A program made the position numbers and the translations under genes. Below are positions 1 through 12,100 of a DNA stretch of 64,000 nucleotides, piece by piece. The notes under the pieces were generated by a model. The model ran no database searches and was not told where the DNA came from. It worked only from the letters and a program-made list of their open reading frames with translations. Each line of letters starts with the position of its first letter. Position 1 is the first letter of the stretch. Source of the stretch: Tubiluchus corallicola (Eukaryota > Animalia > Priapulida); NCBI GenBank assembly GCA_030141605.1, contig JAQGDQ010000291.1, positions 105,071-169,070 on the forward strand, in the 5' to 3' direction.

Positions 1-1014
1 ATAATGAGGCTACTGCCACGCTTTTTTGTAGTACAATCAAACAATGCAAGTACAATTTTCTATTGTCAAGGCCTTGCATGCAGGCCTAGATGTAAGGGCA
101 CGAAAACAACCGTAGGTATGGTTCAGTCCACTTATCTAATCGAAATTTTTATATTAACATGCCAATTCGTCTTGTTCATTTCCACTACACATTAAATATG
201 TAGTGGACGTATTTTACCAACCTTCATTCCCCTATCGGCTGGCATTTTTGGCAATCTGCCAAGCGGGTGGTACAAGTCATTGATACCATTAAGTTATTTT
301 ATAGGCTTTCCAAGTTTTTGCAGTCGAGCAAATTGCATAAAACAGACAAGAATGTTAATAAGCACGTGTATTTTGTACAGTTTACTTCCTAACATTCAAA
401 CCCCAAGGGTAGGCGCACATTGTACGTATTCTTGTACAATGTCCGGCCAGTATTATAAGTTATCACATTCCTAGTTCAATAATTATAAACTTTCAAAGAC
501 GGTAATTGATTCGCTGTAGATTTGTCAAGCAAAGTCCTCCACTTTCCAACGCTTTTCGTTGCATCTGACTCTTAATTCACTACAAGGTTTCCTGAAAGCT
601 GACTTACATTTTCAACCCACAATACTTCGCGCGTGAGCATGTTCTGTCGACCAGATATCGTTAATACTTGGTGTGGAACACAACCTGAGTAGTCACCATA
701 TTTGCTTAGCGATCAAAGTTAAACAATGCCACGCTCGGTTAAAATGGATGGGTGGTGTCAGGGAAGCCATACCCGCCTACCGTCGAATCTTCAGCTATTT
801 ATCTCCTTGAGGGTAGATTATCCGCCAGATTCTGGTCCTGTTACAACTAGTTATTGCATATTTGAACATATGTAAATGTAGTATGATGGATATTTTAAGT
901 CAATAAACTACTGCTATCAGTGTACGTTAGCATGACCGAGGAGTGCTGAATCCCAGTTTGCTGAACTGTGAGTCTGCATGTGGGTACTAGGCTAGGTCAG
1001 TACTTGTTATGGTT

Positions 1015-1420
1015 GGCATCCTTCTGTCTCGGAAGACGATGGAGTGTGCGCCAAGAGAGTCAGTTATTGATCACATTGATGGAGCTGCATCGTCGACTGT
1101 GGCTGAGCAATCCGATCCTTGAACCACTGGAGTAGCCTCTCCAGGGCGCACGCCTGGGCAAGGTGTATGGAGATTTGCTCAGACAACAGGAACCCCCTCT
1201 CTTCCTCCCTGGTGTAGTCCAAAGGAAAGCGGAGCGATACGTTTGGCACCAGGTTGGCTGCAGGAGCTGCCGGAGTCAGTGAGCATGCTGCATTGGTCCG
1301 CCTTCGGGGCTCCACTCCTGATCATGGCCGTTGGGTCACTTGACCTCCTCCGCCCTCTAGCCGTGGGCTGCTTGTGTAACCCCTCCGCCTAGTGTCGAGA
1401 TACAGTGTGGGCATCCCATA
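1015..1420 (-). mobile_element. SINE copy with RTE-like body and tail, lacking the 5S head
   Basis: Reverse complement closely matches 25463-25887 and 15591-16107; ends in the ...GAGACAGAAGGATGCCAAC tail; flanked by a 17-bp TSD CAGTACTTGTTATGGTT (998-1014 / 1421-1437). Confidence 0.9.
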
Positions 1421-2219
1421 CAGTACTTGTTATGGTTAACCGGTACAATGCGTGCATCTTACGAAGGCGGTAAATTCAACGTTCGTAGATCATTGCCTGT
1501 CTCTGTTCAACACGTGCATAAAAACGTCACGAGAGAAAAATACAGCCTTGAGCTTGATGCATAAGAAGTGCCACAGACAACGGCTATTAAGTTGCCGGAA
1601 TAACATGTGACCGTAGCCGTTTATTCTGTCGCAATTCATTGTCACAAAAATACAGCCTGTCACGAAGGTTTGAAGAGGCTGGGTTAGTCAGTACAGCTGG
1701 AGGACAAAAAAAAACATACAGAAGTTAGCAATGTGTGTTTGCAACTGTGGACAATTCATTTGATTTTACTTTTTCTTTCATTACCTTAAAGAACAATAAA
1801 ATGATAAATAAGCACATTTTGCGTGTTGCTCACCTTGAAGTTGATTGACTGAGTAAAAAATTATGAACTAAAATACCATTCAGCAACTCCGGGGGCGATT
1901 GAGCAAAATCGACGTACGAAGGGTTAATTTTGTTTGAAAATGGTAAAAAAACTCAAACAGGAGATTCTATTGCTCGGGTTTTTCTGAGTGCTGGGAAAAG
2001 GTCGACAAAATAATCTTTTAATTATTGAATATAGTACTTTGCATAGTAGGTCTGTATATTATATTTGACAGGATACATGTTATGTTTATTTTAATTTATT
2101 GGCTTAACAATTAACATGCACGAATACATCGTAGTTATTATACAGTGCATAATTACAAGGTATTAATGACAATGAGACAAATTACATAAATCACAACTGT
2201 ATGAGCAGTATATTATATT

Positions 2220-2790
2220 GCTATGTTTGCCCTGATTTTAAAACAATCTCTGACAAAATTACAAATTAGCACTAACGCTTTCGTATGATCATTTCCTAAG
2301 ACAAATTTAAATTTTTCATCGTTGCTCATATCTGAGAAATTATCCGTATCTGTGATGACGGTTTGTAGTCATTTTCTTCCCGTTTCACTACACTAATTAA
2401 ACAGCAAAAAGTCGACCATCTCGACCTACAGTTTTGTCCTACCCTGAATATTTTTAGCAATGGAGGGATTAGGAGTGGGTGTCCTCTGAATTCGTTCATC
2501 AATTGAGATCTTCAGCATTCTCTCAGTCTGCTGATACAATGGTATTTGTCATAACTATAAAAGCATTGCGTTTTTAAATTGTTGCCATTCAATTTAGACT
2601 TTAGACAATGTATCACGTGTTGTAATATTTTTGTGCGTTCATAGGAATAAGCCTGCCAACTCACTGCCATGCTATGCAGCTTTAATTTTACGTATGATTT
2701 TACTTTCTGAGCCCATATTTTTTAGATCTTTGAACCCGGTGCCCTGACATACTTTTGAGCTCAAAGTCGTCATCAACTTATTTTGACGTT
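2220..2790 (-). mobile_element. Degenerate 3' end of a non-LTR retrotransposon (LINE) ORF2
   Basis: Minus-strand translation gives fragments such as NFSDMSNDEKFKFVLGN...ICNFVRDCFKIR, typical of LINE ORF2 C-termini; many stops and frameshifts. Confidence 0.4.
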
Positions 2791-3051
2791 TATTTCATGT
2801 TTTTGTCACATCTCTTGCGTGACCATGTAAGTGACGGTAGTCGTGGTGCACGGCCGACTATAATTGTGCCATGGTGATGCATGTTAATGATGTTAAAGTT
2901 TAGCGTGATTTAGCCGTCACCGTTATTGTTGCTGCTGCCATGCCATTGCTGCTCACGGTTGCTGTAAATGTGTTCTATGTTATTATTGTTTGTGGTGCTC
3001 GCCGACATTTTAAGATTAAGAAAATTTTAAAAATTTGGAAAATTCCTCAGT

Positions 3052-3537
<486 letters not shown>

Positions 3538-4126
3538 GCTTTTGCTTCATTTCGGCCAGTGGGGTTTAGGAGATAAGCGGATTGATTGCACACTATGTGC
3601 TCGAATAATTGAAATTCACAGTACATTTGTTGGATAAACACATAACTGACATTCCTCTTTCTTTACAGAAATAACAATAAAACCCCGCCCGAGTATAATA
3701 GACCAGAAAGTTTAGCTTGGGTCATAAACTTTCACGAAAACCAGATCTGAACGTTTAAACGTAGACCGAAGCTTCAGGTGTCTTAACCTTATTCTATGCA
3801 CTGTATAGAACTATCCTAGTTTATAGTTCACACCAAGACGATAGCCACAGCACGCCATTCTAATAATGCAGCGCAATGTCCGGCCCTGGTTATAGTGTCA
3901 TCCCATCTAACAGATGTCATTTTTCAGAAGTAAATATTTGAAGCTAACGAATCTTCTATGACAGTAGTACGTCTATTAATCATGTTTAAAAATGTTTTAA
4001 GTAAGCTTAGCTAAGCGAACAAGCTTTCAGTTGCTGCTAGTTTGCTAGTTACTGCAATACACTTACTAGTGTAGAGAGATGGATGCTTTGCATCGAAAGA
4101 TTATTTATCTTAGTTAGCCGCTTCCT

Positions 4127-4182
4127 GTGTTCACTGTTCATACCTATGTTCACTATTCATACGTATGTTCACTGTTCATACT
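4127..4182. repeat. 18-bp tandem repeat (about 3 copies)
   Basis: TGTTCACTRTTCATACSTA-like unit repeated three times. Confidence 0.75.
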
Positions 4183-4734
4183 GTGAATAGTGTATATTCA
4201 CTATTGATGAGTAGCCATGGTTCAATAAATAGTAACAATGTCACATTTTTGATAATAACCAGATGGTAAGCCTGTGATTGGTTGTTTTGAACTTGATTGA
4301 TAAACCAGTAAAAGCTGCGGTAGAGAATGCAACCCCCTGCGTCTAGATATGCCTTTCTAACCCTACTTTTAAGATGTAACAATGCGCTAATGATGAGAAA
4401 CTGCGGGAATACAGGAGCCCATACAAGTTTTAACTCATTGTGCAGACCCGTCCTTTCTTCAGACTTGGACACGCTCAATCAATCTCTATTCTATAGCTAT
4501 TACATGACAGGGTGAATCCACAAGATACAATGTAATCAGCGGTGCTTTCAGGTACAGGGTAGGTTAGTTAGTGAGAATACTAACTGCTATTATTTCAATC
4601 AGAAGGCAGACCAGTCAGGTTACAGCTACCTTTATCCTACTGCTGTGACATCTAAGAACCACCGAATATTGGCCAGCATGTGTGAGTGTCTTGTGAATAG
4701 TTTCTTAGCCCGGAATTCAGATTCTTAAGGCATG

Positions 4735-4848
4735 CGTGCTGGAAGTGTTACTTCCGTATGACACTACAAGAGACGTGGAAATCTAAAGTCAGGCAGGTCT
4801 GTCAACACCTTGTAAGATCTGGGTTAGAAATATAATATTCAGGTAAGC
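4735..4848 (+). promoter_or_regulatory. Putative promoter and non-coding first exon of the TMEM221-like gene
   Basis: ETS-like GGAAGT/ACTTCCG and ACTACAA motifs at ~4741-4770, followed by a strong donor CAG|GTAAGC at 4843; the coding exon has an acceptor TTTTACAG at 9096. Confidence 0.4.
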
Positions 4849-5105
4849 CGTTTCTTTAGTAAGCTGGTTTTAGTATTTTATGCTTTGCTGATACCGTTAA
4901 TGATGCTGATCGTCACTGAAAGGTTTTTTAATTATATATATATATATGACACTGAAAGACAGGAGACAGAAAGAACGATTACTGTAGTTGAAACGCAACA
5001 TTTGAAAGAGGCCTTAATTCGTAGATATCGCGTAATAATTAGATGTGATGCTTAAGCACGACACTGAACGAACAAGGGCAATGTCTGTGTATAAGTAATT
5101 CATCA

Positions 5106-5320
5106 GTAGCGTAGCTCAATGGCAGTGTGCTGCTCGCTTACAACAGGGAGGTCGCGGGTTCAATTCCCGATATAGTCTATACCAAGGACTTAAAAAACAT
5201 GTTCTTCGAGTTTATCGTGACATGCGGGTAATAAGCGGGACTATCTTCTGATTAAATATTGAATTACTTTAAGTAAGTTATCTCTGGACTATGTACTAAA
5301 CAAAATTATTATATTATTAC
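5106..5320 (+). mobile_element. tRNA-derived SINE (degenerate)
   Basis: A-box TAGCTCAATGG and B-box GGTTCAATTCC, then ATACCAAGGACTTAAAAA (core shared with the 23641 copy) and a (TAT)n tail; no proper cloverleaf acceptor stem. Confidence 0.7.
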
Positions 5321-7045
5321 AATGTACGTTCATAAAGTACTTATAAAGTGCTTATTTCATCACAGTCAAACTTACAATCTGTTTTTTTCACAGAATGTAA
5401 CCCCTCTCCTGTTTGCACGAGGAAAAATATAAAATAGAAATTAGTTTCTAGCTTGGTTAGTATAGTAGTTTGGTAACATCTTCATTTGCCATAATTATAT
5501 TGTGAATCGTAACAAAATATTTAGATGCTCAATCAGTGATAGTTAAAAAAAACATGCGCTGTTGGCGGTAAGTGCGTCAGTGCAAAACTATACTACAAAT
5601 GCAGAAAATATAAATATAACTAATAAAATGCAACTTTAAACTTAAACTTTACATATCTTATATATTTAGGAACTGACTATCAGCAAAATTAAGTCGTTTA
5701 ATATGCACTGGGGTAAATGAATTCTGCATTAGTGTGTAAGTTGTCATATTGGTAAGCTGCGTATTGAAATCATTAATGCATTTGTTTTGGTTTTGAATGC
5801 GGTTAATGATTTGACACGTTTGATTTTGACTGGCAGTGAATTCAATATTCTAGATTTTACTATGTACTACATGTTAGATTTCATTAAAAAATGCCACTCA
5901 ATAGTCCACAGTGCTGTAGTGTTGGCTAGTATCTACGGTTTCAAGAAATTCTCCAATTTTATAGACCGTATAAGTATCTATTCAAATTCGAATTCAAAAT
6001 TTTTTATTTGTCTCTCTCAATAGATTACAAAGTGTATGAAATTGAAGTCGGTAAATTATATTGACCAAAATACAGATGGGTTAGCGCTATTTACAAAAGG
6101 TTTCACAAACGAATTGGGCCCATGGGTCTCGCCTTTACACTTGGCTGTAAGGAATTAAGTTCAGAGACCTTTCCAGTTTAAGATTTCTTGCGAATAACCT
6201 TGTAAAAATGTAGCAAACTTAATGCCATCGATTATAAATTTGTTACATGTGAAAGTCTCCAGAATTTATTGTGTGTTAGCACAGTGTATCTAGGTGCAGC
6301 TATTCGTATTTCACAGTGTGAATCCTTTGTTTCCTAATATATTTATTATAGCTGCTTCATTCATACTTCAGTAAGTTTCACACAAAATGCTCACATGTAC
6401 AGATACTAGGTAAATAAGCTTAGAGTAGCCCAGGTGACAGGATTAGGAAGATAAGAAAACAGACAATTTACTAAGCGTTGAGTCTGTGGAGAAAATAAGC
6501 TACTGCTAACAAAGAAGCTTCTTTTTGAAGCTGTGATGATGCGCAATGCTTAGCTTATGTATACTTGGTCATTTTTTGTTTAGGGCTATCTCAACGATGT
6601 TTTTTGTTGTTTTGTATTGCAACATTTAAGAAATAACTGTCTGTGTTTGACCTTTCCAACACGATAGACTGTCATCCACGTTTTATTGGTAGTTAGTGAA
6701 CGTCATTGGATGTTCGTGCATTTCCTTTGTTTCCATTTAACGACTCGCAGCTTTATTTTGTAAATTCAGTCTAGTAGCCGTAAATATTTAGCAGCTTCAA
6801 GCTCTTCTGAAACTTGAAGCAGCAGCGGCAACAGCAAAAACAACAACAACGACGACGACGACAACTACAACAACACAGAAGAGTAGTATAGCAGCTTATT
6901 CGTTTCTAACTCCATTTAGAGACTCATAATGGACCTGAAGCTTAGAATTTCTATGACTTAACTCGTAGAAAAATGCTTCGCAAGCTGTAAAAATCCCATT
7001 TCCACTTTTAAATAAAAATTGTTTAAACGCTTGTATCTTGGGACA

Positions 7046-7172
7046 GCCAAGTAGCAATGACGACAGCAACCCCCTATAAGAAGAACCACATCTAGAATCC
7101 AATCTAGCCAAGTAGCAATGACGACAGCAACCCCCCCCCCCCAATAAGAAGAACCTCATCTAGAATCCAATC
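7046..7172. repeat. ~62-bp direct tandem duplication
   Basis: GCCAAGTAGCAATGACGACAGCAACCCC...ATAAGAAGAACC.CATCTAGAATCCAATCT occurs twice. Confidence 0.85.
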
Positions 7173-7982
7173 TTTTTTCGTTAAACGACCCTCATAAACT
7201 CAGAATATGCAACAAGCAGCCAATGAGGTTTATCAACTGAAATTTAATTTGTACATGAAATTATATGATTATGCGTTTCTAGCTGGCACAGTTAGTTCAG
7301 TGTTGATGAGCAGAAAGAGATCTGTGTGAATTACGGGTATTCCCAACTACAAAACAACAGATACTTACACTGTAACAGTTAATCCTATAGCTTTCGTTAA
7401 AATTTCTTGCCAAAAAGTTACCGAATTCAAGTCTCGCAATTCAAACTCTGTCTAAACCAGTTTTCCCTTATAAATGGCGCTGTTAAACTTTTTTTAACGA
7501 GTCATTTCTATTGATGTAGGTGTTTTTTATTATCCACCGAACACAGCGTGCTAAAAGCCAACAGACCGGTTAATTTTTAACAACGGTCATAAAGAAAATC
7601 TAAACGCTCTTATGGAACTAAACTGGGGTTGACTTGACGTGTACGCTCAAGGCAGAAATGCCATTGTCGTTTAGAAATCGGGTATTTCGTATGTTAGTAT
7701 CATGAGTTTCCTCCATCTATCTTTCGGTGCTGACATACTCAGAACTGGTGCTGACTCAGTTGTCAATTTGCATTGTCTGGGAAAACCCAACAGCTTTTAT
7801 TTGACACGTGACTTGACTATAATTTCATTAAACGCTTTTGGATATATGATTCAGGCATGATGTTGTGGGACTTCGTAATCTTATGAAGTATTAGAATAGG
7901 TGAACAAAATACAGATTGCTGTCATTTTAATAATGCAACTCCTCAAACACCAGAACACATTATATTTGACTGTGATTTGGTA

Positions 7983-8810
7983 GAGTAAAAGATCGTATGG
8001 TCGTTCCTTTCCCCACACATAGGGGGAGTAAACGATCGTATGGTCGTTCCCTTTCCCCACACATAGGGGAAGGGAGTGCAAGGGGAAAAGAGTAAAAGAC
8101 CGTATGGTCGTTCCCTTTTCCCACACATAGGGGGAGTAAAAGATTGTATGGTCGTTCCCTTTTCACACACATGGGGGGGACTACAAGGGGAAAAGAGTAA
8201 AAGGCCTTATGGCCGTTACCTTTTCCCACACATAGGGGGAGTACAAAGGGAAAAGAGTAAAAGACCGTAAGGTCGTTCCCTTTCCCCACACATGGGGGAA
8301 GGGAGCAAAAGACCGTATGGTCATTCCCTTTCCCCACACATGGGGGAAGGCAGTAAAAGACCGTAAGGTCGTTCCCTTTCCCCACACATGGGGGAAGGGA
8401 GTAAAAGATCGTATGATCGTTGCCTTTCCCCACACATGAGGGAAGGCAGTAAAAGACCGTATGGTCGTTCCCTTTCCCCACACATGGGGGAAGGGAGTAA
8501 AAGACCGTTCGGTCGTTGCCTTTCCCCACACATGGGGGAAGGGAGTAAAAGACCGTATGGTCGTTCCCTTTCCCCACACATGGGGGAAGGGAGCAAAAGA
8601 CCGTGTGATCGTTGCCTTTCCCCACACATGGGGAAGGGAGGAAAAGATCATATGGTCTTGCCTTTCCCCACACATAGGGGATGGGAGTAAAAGACCGTAT
8701 GGTCGTTCCCTTTCCCCACACATAGGGGAAGGGAGTCGAAGACCGTATGGTCGTTCCCCTTTCTCACACATAGGCAAGGGAGTAAAACACCATATCGTCG
8801 TTCCCTTTGC
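7983..8810. repeat. 48-bp minisatellite (about 17 units) built from two hairpins
   Basis: Consensus GGAGTAAAA-GACCGTATGGTC-GT-TCCCTTTCCCCACACATGGGGGAAG; the first units vary in length (43-64 bp); gives the spurious 16-aa repeat ORFs. Confidence 0.95.
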
Positions 8811-9176
8811 CCAAACTATTTAAATATTTACTTGTCGACTGACTACAATTTGTATATCTTGTTTTCTGTGAAATAAAAGTTCTTATGTCTTACATTATTA
8901 ACCTTGGTATTGACAATAATACCAAGGTTATTTTTATTACGTCTTCAACTATTTCTTCCAGAAGCAGATTACAGTTTTGCCTTCAGGTTCTTTAGTACAT
9001 CTTTAGCTATCTTTAGTACATCATAGTGCTTTATGATTATCACTAGCCTTTATGCACTGCATAGGTAGTTTATTTACTGTTGATTTTCTTTTACAGGCAG
9101 CATGAGTTTCCAGCAGCTTTACATCTACAAATTGGACACTGAAACTCATTGATGACTCAGTAGCTGACTCTGTCGG

Positions 9177-12100
9177 ATGGGGATAATTATGACAATGACG
9201 TCACATCGAGGCCCACTACCGTATGTCCTACATCAATCAAAGACTAGTCCTTCCTATCATCCGGCTCTCGGTGATGACACCCGAGAGCCAGCTCATTGGA
9301 ATAATGCAAACAACTCCAATGTTAGCCGTGAGTTTAGCAGACATCAAGATGGGTACCTTTCGGACTCAAGACAAGACTCTACCCGAAGAGCACGTCGAGA
9401 TTCCTCAATGAGGAATAGGCCACCCCTGAATGTCCCAAAGTTGGCACTGAACAGCAGCAGTAGTATAAGCAGACCACGCTACGTGAACAACGTAACCAAT
9501 GTAACAACGGTGAGTCCATCTCACCACGATTCTAGTGCAGTTATTATGAACCCGAGAGAGCTTCAAAGTTCTCACTTTCCAAATGGTTACATATCTGCTT
9601 CACAAGATATGTCGCACAGTCGGCAAACGTCGAACCTGTCTCGACTCGACGAGACACGGTCCTCTACGGTGCATTCGAAACTCAGCGCAAACCAAGTGTC
9701 AAAAACACCGGACAAAACATTTACCTCCATAGCAGAAGAGAATCTTGACGAGGAAGGTCGCAAGGAAAAGTATTCAAAGCCCAGACTGTTGGCATTCTTA
9801 AGCAATTACCGACAGGCTTTGGACAGAAGACTTTTGTCGTTGTTCTTGTTGTTTTTTGGTGCTTTAATCATGACTTTGCTCTCTCTGCAGTTACTGTATC
9901 ACGTAGATGAACTTCAATCTACGCAATCTGATCTACTCGAGGCTGATCACCTCATATTGAGGAGTGTAGGATTGGTGTGCATGTGTACCACTATTATACT
10001 GAACTTGTGCTGCCTGGGTGTGTCTGCCATGCAGTTTGTGTGTGCTATTCGTCTGTTGTTAACAATGCCATGCGGTCAACTCAGGTAATTCTGCAGCCGT
10101 GGTTGCTTCCTCTTCAGATTTCTCACGTGTCTTTTGCCTCATTCTTTAACTACGTTGAAGGCATCTTTTAAAATCCTCTCTCGTACTTTTTAATTGTCTT
10201 TGCTATCTTGTGGAACGGTGCCACTCACATTTATTTTTTACGATGTCTCATGACTCAGTCATCTACACAAATGCCAAAAACGGCTAGAATGAGTGGCAAA
10301 TATTAGAATTTGTCTTCAGAATGCATTTCCTATTTGTAATCAATCGTCCGCGTGTAAATGACGTTTACAAAACCAGCTGCCGAGCTTTTAATTACTGTTA
10401 TAAGGAGAGGTGAGAAATGTAAAATCATTAAATTTTGCACAAACTTCACAAATTTGTCCAGTGTGCTAAGCAGTGAGACTTTGAATGTGTTGTGATAGCT
10501 TTCAGCTTTGGAAAGATAACAAAGCTGTCATTATGTATGTTTAGTTACTAAAGTTGAACAATGCCGAGCCTAGTTTAGTTAGTAGATGAATACGTGACAA
10601 CGAAGAAAATACAGCCATTTACCTCATTAAATATGAAGGATACACAACCGAACCCACCTAAGACAATGTTTCACCTTAGAGGAGTACTGTGGGAAAAAAG
10701 CTAGAGTCCAGTCTTGCCACAACACCTCAAGCCAAGTCTTACAGAAAGGGAACATGTGACATTTTTGCACAAAGCATTTTCACTTAGATATGAAATTTCA
10801 GAAACCGAATGGGAAGTTAACGTAACGCTGTTCCCGTTGTGTTCTCACACAACAGACCATTTATAATAGAATTAGCCGCCCATTCAAAGCACTGGAGATA
10901 AAATACATGTAAATAAATCATACCAGAGAAATGCTGAACTGCATTAATATAATATAGCTACAGGCGTTAACAGTTAACATGCAGAAAATGAGTTTGTCAG
11001 TTACACGTTTTATTAAGTCGTTCATCATCGGATTAACACGGATAGCTTTCCGTCTTTACCAATCAGTAGACTGAAAAATCAGACATAGTCTGACATAGAC
11101 AGCAATCATAGAAACGGTAGGAAATCAGGCATTGTGGGTACGTCAAGAAAATGATCAATTGCCATGAAAGCAAGCAGTTGATCATTGATTCAGTTTCTTA
11201 CTCAGTTTCTAGCCATGTTCTTCGCAGAATCGGGCCCGGCCTACGTTCATTACAGAAAATCAAGAAAAAGCACCAGCTAAATTTTCACGTAATTAATAAA
11301 AAAGATCTACACTAAGAATGGAACTTACATATGCTGTAACCCAGCCCTCAACTGCAGAGCTTACTACTAATCTTAAGCTATAACCCAGCCCTCAACTGCA
11401 GAGCTTACTACTAATGTTAAGCTATAACCCAGCCCTCAACTGCAGAGCTTACTACTAATGTTAAGATGTAACCCAGTCCTCAACTGCAGAGTTTGCTACT
11501 AACTTTGAGTGGTTGTCATTCGACAAAAGCTAGATTATTACCAAGAATAATCCTCTAAGATGAGACACTGAACCAACAGAGGTGTCTTACATCTTCTCTT
11601 AATTACTTAATTAATCAAAGGTGAAGGCAGTATGGTAGACGAATCTGTCCAGAAGCAGTTAGTGTTCCTGTTGGTCATCGGTCCATTTGCTAACCAGCTC
11701 CAGTGCTGCTTAATATTTATGGCTAATATACAGAACTACTCAAGACAATGTGTGCTAAGTTTACATAATTTTGAGAAATTAAATGTGTAGCTTTAGTTAA
11801 AACTTCTCTATAGTGATTTTTTTCTTTCTTATCAAAATTTTTGCTATCTTTCACCTCTAGCATCTTTCAGTTTGTCTTTCCTGATAAACACTTTTCACTG
11901 CCACAGTGTTAACGAAAAACACTACCACATGTCACATTTCTGCCATTGCTAATATTTGCAGAAGTATTTTAAAATACATTTTAATTTCAGGCTGTCTGGA
12001 TATCTGACAAGATGTGAACGTGTGAGGGTAGCAGTTACAATTGGATACTTCCTCTCTATTTTACTGTTTTTTGTTGGTAAGTTATCAGCCTATTTTATTC

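Noticed and set aside
1436-1927. piggyBac-like element (TTAA-CC ... GGG-TTAA)
   Set aside because: The ends are not reverse complements beyond a few bases.
5106-5175. tRNA gene
   Set aside because: A and B boxes are present, but there is no acceptor stem and a SINE core and tail follow; the same applies to 23641.
7881-8823. Repeat ORFs and the CRISPR-like appearance of the 48-bp array
   Set aside because: The ORFs arise because the unit length is a multiple of 3; there are no unique spacers or cas genes, and the context is eukaryotic.
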